From positions 1,984,001 to 2,048,000 of the forward strand of contig OZ243913.1 of assembly GCA_965213705.1 (NCBI GenBank): a stretch of DNA of 64,000 bases. The letters are read 5' to 3'. The notes beneath the pieces were generated by a model. The model was not told the origin of the DNA and searched no databases. It saw only the letters and a program-made list of their open reading frames with translations. This stretch comes from Trueperaceae bacterium (GTDB taxonomy: Bacteria > Deinococcota > Deinococci > Deinococcales > Trueperaceae). This document shows, piece after piece, positions 49,014-58,248 of this stretch. Each line of letters begins with the position of its first letter. Position 1 is the first letter of the stretch. The translations under genes and the position numbers were made by a program.

Positions 49014-50768
49014 TCAGGCCAGCGAATACCCACCCGCCTCATACGCATCCTGCGCCGCCTCACGCCGCAGTTCGATAAGGTCTACGCCGTGCTCGGCCAA
49101 GTAAGCGTGCAGCTTGCCCATGTGCTTGCCGCCGCCGGGAATCCGCCGCAACGCCTCGAGCCCCCACGCCCTCGCCTCGTCCACGGCTTCAAACGTGTAC
49201 AGCCGAGCGAGTCTGGCGGCCTTCGCGCCTTTGCCCCCGTTCAACAACCGCTCTGCCCGCAGCAGCGCGGACTCGGACAGGTAGACCGCGGCTATCATAT
49301 CGGCGGCTCGAGCCATGATTTCTTGTTCTTTCTCGAGGGCCTGCATGTACGTCATCGCTCCCAAGCCAGCGACGAGCAGCACCGCCTTTTTCATGTTTTC
49401 GACGGCTAAAAAGGCGTCTTTCAGTTCGTCGGGAGCATCTGTTTCTGTAACCGGCTCGCCCTGCGCTGCCCCCTGTGCGGCGCTCATTATCTCGAGCTTG
49501 CCCTTCATAGCGCGTTTCAGGAGTTGGCCGCTCGTGAGCATCCGGTTGATTTCGTTCGTGCCTTCGAAAATGCGGTTGATGCGCGCGTTGCGGTAGGCGA
49601 GTTCGATTGGGTACTCGGCGCTGAAGCCGTTGCCGCCGAAAATTTGCAGCGTTTCGTCGACGGTGTCGCCTAAGATTTCCGAGCCCAACACCTTGATGAG
49701 CGAATACTCGACCACGTACTCGTCGATGGCGCTCAGCTTGGATTCTTGGTTTTCTTTACCGGCCAAGTTCGCGTCCAGGTCGCCGGTCATGCGGTAGACG
49801 GCGCTCTCGAGGGCGTAGGTATCCGCCGTCATCCGGCCGACCTTTTCTTTAATCATCCCGAAGTTCGCAATCGGCGTGCCGAACTGCTCACGGTCTTGGG
49901 CGTAGGTGCTGGCGAGGCGAATCATCTCCTTGCAACCGCCGACCGCGCCCGCCGCGAGTTTGAGGCGGCCCACGTTGAGAATCTGAAACGCGATGACGTG
50001 CCCGCGCCCCGCCTCGCCGAGCAAGTTTTCTTTGGGAACGCGGGCGTTCTCGAGAATGACCTGCCGCGTCGAGGAACCCTTGATGCCCATTTTCTTTTCT
50101 TCCGCGCCGAAGCTCAAACCCAGCGTGTCCCGCTCGACCAAAAAGGCCGTAAACTGCTCGCCGTCGATTTTGGCGAACACCGTGAATAAGTCGGCGAAAC
50201 CCGCGTTGGAAATCCACATCTTCGTGCCGTTCAGGACGTAGTGCGTGCCTTCGTCGTTCAGCACCGCCTTTGTTTTCGCCCCGAGCGAGTCCGAGCCGCT
50301 GCCGGGTTCGGACAGGCAGTAGGCCGCCACCCACTCGCCGTTGGCGAGCTTGGGGAGGTACTTTTCTTGCTGCTCCGGCGTGCCGAAGTAGACCAGCGGC
50401 AAAGTGCCGATGCCCGTGTGCGCGTTGAAGGTGACGTTGAACGAGCCCGCCCCAGCGAGCTTTTCGGTGACGAGCATCGAGGCGGCCTTGCTCGAGTCCA
50501 GCCCCCCATACGCTTCCGGCACATCGACGCCGAGCAAGCCCTGTTCGCCCGCTTTGCGCATCGCTTTTACAGACAATTCATAGTCGAGCTTCTCGAGGTC
50601 CTCGAGCACAGGTTTGATTTCGCGCTCGACAAACTGCTGCGCGGTCTGCCCGACCATTTTCAACTCGTCGTCAAACGCCTCGGGAATGAGAACGTTTTCG
50701 GCGGGGTGGCGCTCGAGCAGGAAACTCCCGCCCTTGTTCGGTGTGGTGGACTTTTCTGCGATTGCCAT
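49014..50768 (-). CDS. Acyl-CoA dehydrogenase (long, FadE-type)
   Basis: YCLSEPGSGSD, LNGTKMWISN, KMGIKGSST, LNVGRL, QIFGGNGF, RINRIFEGTNEI. Confidence 0.95.
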   Translation of the reverse strand: MAIAEKSTTPNKGGSFLLERHPAENVLIPEAFDDELKMVGQTAQQFVEREIKPVLEDLEKLDYELSVKAMRKAGEQGLLGVDVPEAYGGLDSSKAASMLVTEKLAGAGSFNVTFNAHTGIGTLPLVYFGTPEQQEKYLPKLANGEWVAAYCLSEPGSGSDSLGAKTKAVLNDEGTHYVLNGTKMWISNAGFADLFTVFAKIDGEQFTAFLVERDTLGLSFGAEEKKMGIKGSSTRQVILENARVPKENLLGEAGRGHVIAFQILNVGRLKLAAGAVGGCKEMIRLASTYAQDREQFGTPIANFGMIKEKVGRMTADTYALESAVYRMTGDLDANLAGKENQESKLSAIDEYVVEYSLIKVLGSEILGDTVDETLQIFGGNGFSAEYPIELAYRNARINRIFEGTNEINRMLTSGQLLKRAMKGKLEIMSAAQGAAQGEPVTETDAPDELKDAFLAVENMKKAVLLVAGLGAMTYMQALEKEQEIMARAADMIAAVYLSESALLRAERLLNGGKGAKAARLARLYTFEAVDEARAWGLEALRRIPGGGKHMGKLHAYLAEHGVDLIELRREAAQDAYEAGGYSLA

Positions 50769-50833
50769 GTTGGGCTCCTAAGTCTTTGGAATTGTTTTGT
50801 GACGGCTGCTTAGGAACAGTATAGGCGATAAGG

Positions 50834-50848
50834 TTGAACCGAGTACAA
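50834..50848. promoter_or_regulatory. Putative FadR (TetR-type) operator
   Basis: TTGAACCGAGTACAA fits TTRNACYNRGTNYAA, the Thermus FadR palindrome as I recall it; upstream of acyl-CoA dehydrogenase. Confidence 0.6.
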
Positions 50849-51166
50849 GATTGTGGGGCTCGAGGGCAAACGCAAGGTCGGCTTCCATCCACCTTTGTCT
50901 TTGTGTTCACGCAGTCGGGCGTAGCCTTGGGCGCGGAAAGCTTTGAGGCAACCTTACGCACACTCCACTGCACTGCCAAACTGTACTGCCAACGCACTTC
51001 AAAGGTTGAGATTGCCGCGCTTCACTACGTTACGCTCGCAATGACGGACGGTTTTGCTCGGCTTAACAACTTTGCCTCAGGCTGAACTCGAGGGTTTTCG
51101 TCTAACATCGTTCACCCTGTGGAATGCTTCATCTTTTTTACCCGCAAACTTGATAGCCTTGGCCTA

Positions 51167-52231
51167 GTGATTCGCTCGGAAATTACCCTGCCCGTCATCG
51201 CCGCAGTTTTGCTGGCGGCGGGCTTGTTGACGCTCAGCACCGCCGCGCCCGAGGGCGCGTTCGTGGTGCGGCAAGTCGTTTACATGGGCATCGGGTTGGT
51301 TTTGTGCGGGGTCGTTCTGTGGCTGGGCCGTGAACGCATCATGGCCGCCGCCTACCCGCTCTACGGCCTCAGCCTCGGCCTGCTCGTGCTGACTCAACTC
51401 GTCGGCACCGAGAAAAACGGGGCGAAGTCCTGGCTGAACTTGGGCCCGCTGCCCGAGTTTCAGCCTTCGGAGTTGGCGAAAATCGCGCTCATTTTGGCGT
51501 TGGCGGTGACCCTGCACGAGCGGCCCATCCGGGGGCTGCTGAGTTACGTGCGGCCTGTGCTTACGATTCTGATTCCGTTCGCCCTGGTGTTTTTAGAGCC
51601 CGACCTGGGCAGCGCCCTCGTGTTGGCCGCCGTCGGCGGCGGAATGATGCTGGTGCGGGGTTTGCCTTGGAAACACCTCGTTTTCTTGGGTGTGGTGTTT
51701 GTGGTGGCACTGCCGACGGTGGTGTGGCCGCAACTCAAACCGCACCAGAAAGAGCGTCTCGTCATCTTTTTGAACCCCGAAGCCGACCCGCAAGGCAGCG
51801 GTTACCAGGTTATCCAGTCGCGCATCGCCATCGGCTCGGGCGGGATTTTCGGCAAGGGGTACAAGCAAGGGACGCAAGCCCAGTTCGGTTTTATCCCTTA
51901 TCGTTACGCCGACTTTATCTTTCCGGTTCTGGCCGAAGAAGGCGGTTTCGTCGCCGCGGCAAGTTTGCTGTTGCTGTACGGACTGCTGTTCTGGCGGCTC
52001 ATCGGCATGGCGGCGGAATGTCCTTTTGAACGAGACCAACTTGTCATTGCGGGGGTGCTGTCGCTTGTTGGCTTTCAAGTCCTGGTGAACGTGGGCGTCG
52101 CCCTGGGCCTCGCCCCGGTCACGGGCATCACGTTGCCGTTGGTATCGTTTGGCGGGACGAGCCTTATCTCCACGATGCTAGCGCTGAGCTTGGTGTACCT
52201 GGTTCACCGGGACAGGTTTAAGGATTGGTAA
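51167..52231 (+). CDS. rodA: SEDS family protein RodA
   Basis: GAKSWL, FQPSELAK, EPDLGSA, GSGYQVIQSRIAIGSGG, DFIF..LAEE, PVTGITLPLVSFGG. Confidence 0.85.
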   Translation: MIRSEITLPVIAAVLLAAGLLTLSTAAPEGAFVVRQVVYMGIGLVLCGVVLWLGRERIMAAAYPLYGLSLGLLVLTQLVGTEKNGAKSWLNLGPLPEFQPSELAKIALILALAVTLHERPIRGLLSYVRPVLTILIPFALVFLEPDLGSALVLAAVGGGMMLVRGLPWKHLVFLGVVFVVALPTVVWPQLKPHQKERLVIFLNPEADPQGSGYQVIQSRIAIGSGGIFGKGYKQGTQAQFGFIPYRYADFIFPVLAEEGGFVAAASLLLLYGLLFWRLIGMAAECPFERDQLVIAGVLSLVGFQVLVNVGVALGLAPVTGITLPLVSFGGTSLISTMLALSLVYLVHRDRFKDW

Positions 52232-52249
52232 CGCAGTGGGGGAGAAGTG

Positions 52250-53563
52250 TTACACGTCTTGGGGCAGGTCGTCGGGCGGAGGCAACACGATTTTGACCTC
52301 GCGGATGGCGAGGCCGTCGACGGCTTCGACGTTCATTCTCAACCCCGCCGCTTCGGCCGTGTCGCCGACAGTGGGCGGGCGACCGAGTTCGTCGACGATA
52401 AAGCCGCCGACCGTCTCACTGCGGTCGGTAGCCAGCTCCAGGTCGTAAAGCCGGTTGAGGTCGGTCAGCAACACGTCGCCCCGCACTCGGAGCACGCCGG
52501 GCTCGAGCAAGGAGACAGTGTCGTCTTCGTCTTGCACCTCGCCCACGACCTCCGCCAGCAAATCTTCCAAGGTGACGATGCCCGCGGTGCCGCCGTACTC
52601 GTTCATGACCACGGCCATGTGAATTTTGAGGCGTTTGAAGGCTGCCAACAAACTCTCGGCGGGCAGGTGCTCGGGCACACGGGGCGCGCGGCGCATAAGG
52701 TGACGCAGGTCGGTGTCAACCCCGGTTGTCTGCGCCTTGATGTAGTCCTTGACGTGCAAGATGCCGACGATGTCGTCTAAGTCTTTTTCGAACACCGGAA
52801 AGCGGCTGTACCCCTCTTCCAGCAGGTGCATCACGTCTTTTAAGTTCCCGTCGACCCCTAAGCCGACCACGCGAGGACGCGGCGTCATGAGCTGCCCGAC
52901 CTCGCGCTCGCTGAAGCTGAAGATGTTGTCGATCAGTTCGTGTTGCCGCTCTTGCACCTCACCCTCCTCAGCGCTTTCATCGACGAGGTGCTCGAGTTCC
53001 CGTACCGAGTAAAACTGCCCGTGCCCAGCTATTGGAATACCCAGTGCTCGCAGGCACAGGTTGCCCAGGGCGTTCAGCAGCCACACCAGGGGCGCGAACA
53101 CCGTGCCGAACACGGCCATCGGCGGTGACACGCGCAGCGCCGTCTTTTCAGGTGCTATAAGCGCCATCGCCTTGGGCACCATCTCGCCGATAACCACGTG
53201 CAGGTAGGTCATGAGCGCCACGGCGACGACGACGGCGACGGTGTGAGCGAGCGCCCCGCTGCCCGCAACGCCCCAACGTTCCAAGGGGGCCAGCAGCCAC
53301 TCGGCGATGACCTCCTCGCCGTACATGCCCAGTCCGATGCTTGCCAGGGTAATCCCAAGCTGTGCGGTGGCGATGTAGCGGTCTTGGTTGGCGGGGCTTG
53401 CGAGGACGCGGCGCACCCGCACGGCGGCGCGGTTACCCGCCTCTACAAATTTGTCCATACGCGCCTTGCGCGCCGCGACCAGTGCGAATTCGGCCGCCAC
53501 GAACAGTCCGTTTATAACGACCAGGGCCAAGATTATGAGGCTGGGGATAAGGTAGGTCGTCAC
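52250..53563 (-). CDS. CNNM/DUF21-CBS-CorC (hemolysin family) protein
   Basis: FVAAEFALV, QLGITLAS, GEMVPK, MTPR, YSRFPV, EYGGTAGIVTLED. Confidence 0.92.
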   Translation of the reverse strand: MTTYLIPSLIILALVVINGLFVAAEFALVAARKARMDKFVEAGNRAAVRVRRVLASPANQDRYIATAQLGITLASIGLGMYGEEVIAEWLLAPLERWGVAGSGALAHTVAVVVAVALMTYLHVVIGEMVPKAMALIAPEKTALRVSPPMAVFGTVFAPLVWLLNALGNLCLRALGIPIAGHGQFYSVRELEHLVDESAEEGEVQERQHELIDNIFSFSEREVGQLMTPRPRVVGLGVDGNLKDVMHLLEEGYSRFPVFEKDLDDIVGILHVKDYIKAQTTGVDTDLRHLMRRAPRVPEHLPAESLLAAFKRLKIHMAVVMNEYGGTAGIVTLEDLLAEVVGEVQDEDDTVSLLEPGVLRVRGDVLLTDLNRLYDLELATDRSETVGGFIVDELGRPPTVGDTAEAAGLRMNVEAVDGLAIREVKIVLPPPDDLPQDV

Positions 53564-54843
53564 GGTTCGTCCTCGGCGCTGTCGGGCAAAGTGAAGCTGA
53601 CCCCGGTTACCGCGTTGCCGCTGACTCCGGTTACCTGCAAGGTCACGTCGCCGACCGTCACCTCGTCGCCCACCTCGGGGGCTCTTTCCAGCTCTTCTAG
53701 CGTCATCCCGCCGACGGTGTCGGCCTCGTCCTCGGGCAAGTGCAGCAAAAACTGCCGGTTGAGGGTGGTAACGAGGACGTCGCCACGCACGCTCACCCGG
53801 TCACCGCGCCGCTCGAGCCGCTGCTCCTCGTTGTCGAACTCGTCTTGCACCTCGCCGACGATTTCTTCGATGATGTCCTCTAAAGTAACCAGCCCGACCG
53901 TGCCGCCGTACTCGTCGAACAGCACCGCCATGTGGTTTTGACGCTGTTTGAGCGTGTCCCAAACCTCGCTGACGGTGTTGGTCTCGGGCAGCAAGGGCAC
54001 CTCACGCAATACGTCGTGCAAGGTGCCGCTCGTGCCGGATTGCACAAAACCGAACAGGTCTTTCAGGTTGAGGACACCTACGACGGTGTCGATGGCGCCT
54101 TCGTAGACGGGAAAGCGCATGTGCGGCGTCTGTACCAAGCGGGCGAGCGCCGCGGCGGGGGGTTCGGACACGTCCGCGCTCACCATGCGGTTGCGCGGGA
54201 CCATGATTTGGCGGGCGAGGCGGGTCTCTAACTGCAAGACGTTGGCGAGCATCTCTTTTTCGTCCGAGTCTAAAAAGCCTCCCTGGGCACTTTCGCTGAA
54301 AACAAGCTCGAGCTCTTCCGGGGAGTGCGCGTGCGTCTTTGTTTTGGACTCAACGCCGAACAAGCGCAGCAGCAGCAGCGCCGAGCCGTTAAAGAGCGCG
54401 ATAAAGGGGTACAGGATAAACAGCGACCAGCGCAGCGGCCTGACGGTGACCAGCGCCAAACGCTCGGGGTAGCGCAGCGCGATGGACTTGGGTACAATCT
54501 CACCGAAAATAACCTGTAGGGTCGTCAGAAAGGCTAAGACGACAAGTGCCGCTACCCCGGTCGAGAGCCCAAAGCCCAAATAGGGTGACAACTGCGCTTG
54601 ACCGTAAAAGCCCACCATCAGGCTGGACAAGGTGATGCCGACCTGACACGCCGCGATGTAACGGTCAAGCTCGCGGGGGCTCTCTAAGTAGGGCAGCAGC
54701 GCTCTTGCCGCGCGGCTGCCGTCGTCGGCAAGGTTGGAAACGCGAGCACGCCGAGAGCTGATTGCTGAGAACTCGGCGGCGACGTAAAGGGCGTTCAAAC
54801 TTAGAAGAAGAACGACGACGGCTATGACAACGACTAGACCCAC
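53560..54843 (-). CDS. CNNM/DUF21-CBS-CorC (hemolysin family) protein, tandem paralogue
   Basis: YVAAEFS, QVGITLSS, GEIVPKS, MVPR, DEYGGTVGLVTLEDIIEEIVGE; start reset to GTG 54843 after AGGAG. Confidence 0.9.
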   Translation of the reverse strand: MGLVVVIAVVVLLLSLNALYVAAEFSAISSRRARVSNLADDGSRAARALLPYLESPRELDRYIAACQVGITLSSLMVGFYGQAQLSPYLGFGLSTGVAALVVLAFLTTLQVIFGEIVPKSIALRYPERLALVTVRPLRWSLFILYPFIALFNGSALLLLRLFGVESKTKTHAHSPEELELVFSESAQGGFLDSDEKEMLANVLQLETRLARQIMVPRNRMVSADVSEPPAAALARLVQTPHMRFPVYEGAIDTVVGVLNLKDLFGFVQSGTSGTLHDVLREVPLLPETNTVSEVWDTLKQRQNHMAVLFDEYGGTVGLVTLEDIIEEIVGEVQDEFDNEEQRLERRGDRVSVRGDVLVTTLNRQFLLHLPEDEADTVGGMTLEELERAPEVGDEVTVGDVTLQVTGVSGNAVTGVSFTLPDSAEDEP

Positions 54844-55067
54844 ACCTACGTGTCTCCTGTCTGTCTTTTTGGCAAAAGGATAGCGCAGTTGTAAAGAAAA
54901 TACATACAAAGGTAAGGAGGGGGCATGAACATTTGCAAGGGTAGTATACCGGAGTCGCAAACGTGGGCGCTCGACTTGCAAAGCCGAGCGCTCGAGCCAG
55001 CCCGAAAGAGGTGACTCAACCCGCGATTCGGTTGCTTTACTTCAGCGCCGCCGGCTCCGTGGGCGCT

Positions 55068-55628
55068 CTAAGGTGCCGGGGAAGAGGGTGCCACCGCCCG
55101 GAGCGAATAAACCGGCGCAGGCGCTTCGGGTAGGGGGATAAGCACGCCCTGTTGTTTGGGCTTGGGCACGCGGTAGCTCTCGAGCAGGGGTCGTTCTTCG
55201 GCAAGAAGCAGTTCAAGCTCTTCGAGGCCGCGTTCGTGCATGGCCTCGCCCTCGATGACGCTTTCGGCCAGCGCGGCCTGCGTTTGCGCGCTCGAGGCCG
55301 CAATCATGCCCCTGGCCGTAAACAAAAACGACAGAGCGATAAACGTCCCCATCGCGATGACGATGCCGCTGCTGAAAAAGCCGGTGTAGATGGGGTCGTC
55401 GTCGCGCAGGTGCATGTAGATGGCGATGACGAGCGCGAACTTGAGCAGCGACATGCCGACGAGCAAAACGAGGGTCGCGAAGCCGTTCAACCAGGCGACG
55501 TCGTACTCGACGATGGCGAATTCTAGGTAGGTAATAGCCATCAAAACGAACGCGATGACGTAGTAAAACGAGGTACCGCCCTTGTGGTGGCCCGCTTCTA
55601 CGTCTTGGTCTTGGTTGGTTTTTGCCAT
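55068..55628 (-). CDS. Cytochrome c oxidase subunit IV family protein with C-terminal extension
   Basis: L..IT.LE, KFALVIAIYMHL motif; last gene of the oxidase operon. Confidence 0.75.
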   Translation of the reverse strand: MAKTNQDQDVEAGHHKGGTSFYYVIAFVLMAITYLEFAIVEYDVAWLNGFATLVLLVGMSLLKFALVIAIYMHLRDDDPIYTGFFSSGIVIAMGTFIALSFLFTARGMIAASSAQTQAALAESVIEGEAMHERGLEELELLLAEERPLLESYRVPKPKQQGVLIPLPEAPAPVYSLRAVAPSSPAP

Positions 55629-56248
55629 CAGACGAACTCCACAAGGTAGATGACCGTAAAAATCACGATCCAGACGATGTCGACAAAGTGCCAATAGAGC
55701 GCCGCCACGTCGAAGTAGACCTCGTCACGGCTACTTATCGGCCGTATGTAAGAGGTGACGAGAATCGACAACAACCACAGCACGCCGATGGTGACGTGAA
55801 TTCCGTGGGTGCCGGTCAACACGAAAAAGGTCGTGCCGAACAGGTTTTGTTGCAGGGTCAGGCCTTCGTGGACGAAGTGCCTGAACTCGTAAATCTGAAA
55901 ACCCAGAAAAACCGACCCGAAAAAGCACACGCCGAAAGTGAACAACCTGAACTTGGGAATGTCGTTGTTGCGCAAGTAGTAAAGCGCCACGACCATAAAC
56001 ACGCTCGACATGAGCAGCACGAACGAACTCAGGGTCGTCAGCGGAATGTCCAAAATGTCGCGGGGGTAAGGCCCCTGGATGCTGCGGTCTTTGTAAACGA
56101 GGTACGTCCCGATGAGCGACCCGAAAAACATGCAGTCCGAAGCCAGGAACACCCACATGAGCAGTTTGGGGTCGGGCAGCTTGGTACTGCGGTAACCGTG
56201 GTTGGTTACCGCAGCGTGGGGGTTGGGGATGATGGCGGGTTCACTCAT
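55628..56248 (-). CDS. ctaE: Cytochrome c oxidase subunit III
   Basis: MWVFLASD, LLMSS, FFVLTGTHGIHV, YWHFVDIVW. Confidence 0.92.
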   Translation of the reverse strand: MSEPAIIPNPHAAVTNHGYRSTKLPDPKLLMWVFLASDCMFFGSLIGTYLVYKDRSIQGPYPRDILDIPLTTLSSFVLLMSSVFMVVALYYLRNNDIPKFRLFTFGVCFFGSVFLGFQIYEFRHFVHEGLTLQQNLFGTTFFVLTGTHGIHVTIGVLWLLSILVTSYIRPISSRDEVYFDVAALYWHFVDIVWIVIFTVIYLVEFV

Positions 56249-56283
56249 AAAAGCTCCAGCACGGCTTTAAGCTTCGACACGGC

Positions 56284-58248
56284 TCAGTCTCCGACCGCGT
56301 CGACGGCGCGGCGTGACGGAAACACGTGGGTGCCGCCCACGCCTTCCAGGGCCCAGCCGTACGTCCCGGCCAGGATAATGAGGGCGCAGACCGACCCTAA
56401 CAGCCAGTTGTGGTAGATGACTGCGTAACCGCCGACGAACATGGCTGCGCTCATCACAAAGGGGTACCAGGACTGGCCCGGAATGTGAATGCCGTGGGCG
56501 TCGTAGTCTTCGGCGAATTCGCCCGCGTCTTCGACCGCCTCGACGTTGTTCTCGTGACCGTCCTCGAGCGGCGCGAACGGGTCGCGGTCGGTTTCATAAA
56601 AGTGCAGTTCGGGGTGTTTGGTGTGCCAGTAGGGGTCGCGGTCGAGGACGATGGGCATGGTGTCGAAGTCGTGCTCGGGCGGCGGCGAAGTCGTGCTCCA
56701 CTCCAAGGTGCGGGCGTCCCAGGGGTCGTTGCCCGCAGGCGCGCCGTTTCTGAGCGAGCGGAAAAAATCGTAGGCGAACAGCAGCGCGCCGGTAAGGGCG
56801 ACGAACACGCCCAGGGTTGAAAGCAGGTTGTAAATCTCGAAGCCGTAGCCCGGAAAGTAGGTCTGCGTGCGCCGCGGCATCCCCAGCAGCCCGACGATGT
56901 GCTGCGGGAAGAAAATCAGGTGCAAACCGCCCGCCACAAAACCGAACACCCACTTGCCGAGTTTTTCGGACAGCATCTTACCGGTGATTTTAGGGAACCA
57001 ATAGTAGGTCCCGGCAAAAAAGGCCAACAACGCGCCCCCACCCATCACGTAGTGGAAGTGGGCGACCACAAAGTAGGTGTCGGTGGCTTGGCGGGTGAAA
57101 GCCGGCATGCCCAGCATAACGCCCGTGACGCCGCCCATTGTAAAAGTGATGATAAACGCGATGGCGAAAAGCATCGGCGTGGTGAAGCGCAGTTTGCCGC
57201 CTACCATCGTACCCAACCAGTTGAAAATCTTTGCGCCGGTCGGGATGCCGATGATAATGGTTGTTACCGAGAACGCGGCGTTGGCGACCGCGCCCAGGCC
57301 GGTCGAGAACATGTGGTGGCTCCACACCGCAAAGCCCATAAAGCCGATAAAAATGCCGGCCAAAACCATGATGGGGTAGCCGAACAAGGGTTTGCTCGAG
57401 AAGGTTGGAACAATCTCGTTGATGACGCCGAAGGCGGGCAAAATGATGATGTACACCTCGGGGTGGCCGAAAATCCAGAACAAGTGCTGCCACAGTATGG
57501 GCATCGCCCCCGCCTCGGGCACGTAAAAGAGTGTGCCGAACGAACGGTCCATGATGACTTGGAACAGCGCGATGGTTAGGGCCGGGAAAGCGAAAACGAT
57601 CAAGAACATCGTCACTAGAATCATCCAGGTGAAAAGCGGCATCCGCATGAAGGTCATGCCCGGCGCGCGCATGTTGATGATGGTGACAATTAAGTTCATA
57701 GCCGTAATCAAGGTGCCGATGCCGCCGATAAACAGCGCGACCATGTAAAAGTCGGTGCCGTGGCCGGGGTTGTTGCTCAAGGATGTCAGGGGCGAGTAGG
57801 CGAACCAACCCACGTCCGGCGCGCCGCCCAAGAGCCAGCTCGACAAAAACAGCAAACCGCCGAACAGGTAAATCCAGTAGCCGAAAGCGTTGAGCCGCGG
57901 AAAAGCCAAGTCCCTCGCGCCAATTTGTAGCGGGACAAGGTAGTTAGCAAACCCTATCCCCATCGGCATGATGGCGAGAAACACCATCGTCACGCCGTGG
58001 GCGGTGAACATCTCGTTGTACAAGTCGGGGTTTAGGAGTTTCATGTTCGGCGCGATGAGTTGCAGGCGAATCAGGGTTGACTCGATGGTGCCGACACCCA
58101 GAAAGAAAAAGCTCGAGACCAGGTACAAAATACCCAGCTTTTTGTGGTCGATGGTGGTGAGCCAACTCAGCGCCCCCGTTTTCCAGGTGGGCCGTTGTAA
58201 CAAGCCCGTTTGGCTCGCGGGTCTGCTGGGCTGCCGACTAATCGCCAT
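56284..58248 (-). CDS. ctaD: Cytochrome c oxidase subunit I (A1 type)
   Basis: DHK, HG..M, FPRLN, FWIFGHPEVY, WSHHM, AHFHY, GMPRR. Confidence 0.95.
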   Translation of the reverse strand: MAISRQPSRPASQTGLLQRPTWKTGALSWLTTIDHKKLGILYLVSSFFFLGVGTIESTLIRLQLIAPNMKLLNPDLYNEMFTAHGVTMVFLAIMPMGIGFANYLVPLQIGARDLAFPRLNAFGYWIYLFGGLLFLSSWLLGGAPDVGWFAYSPLTSLSNNPGHGTDFYMVALFIGGIGTLITAMNLIVTIINMRAPGMTFMRMPLFTWMILVTMFLIVFAFPALTIALFQVIMDRSFGTLFYVPEAGAMPILWQHLFWIFGHPEVYIIILPAFGVINEIVPTFSSKPLFGYPIMVLAGIFIGFMGFAVWSHHMFSTGLGAVANAAFSVTTIIIGIPTGAKIFNWLGTMVGGKLRFTTPMLFAIAFIITFTMGGVTGVMLGMPAFTRQATDTYFVVAHFHYVMGGGALLAFFAGTYYWFPKITGKMLSEKLGKWVFGFVAGGLHLIFFPQHIVGLLGMPRRTQTYFPGYGFEIYNLLSTLGVFVALTGALLFAYDFFRSLRNGAPAGNDPWDARTLEWSTTSPPPEHDFDTMPIVLDRDPYWHTKHPELHFYETDRDPFAPLEDGHENNVEAVEDAGEFAEDYDAHGIHIPGQSWYPFVMSAAMFVGGYAVIYHNWLLGSVCALIILAGTYGWALEGVGGTHVFPSRRAVDAVGD

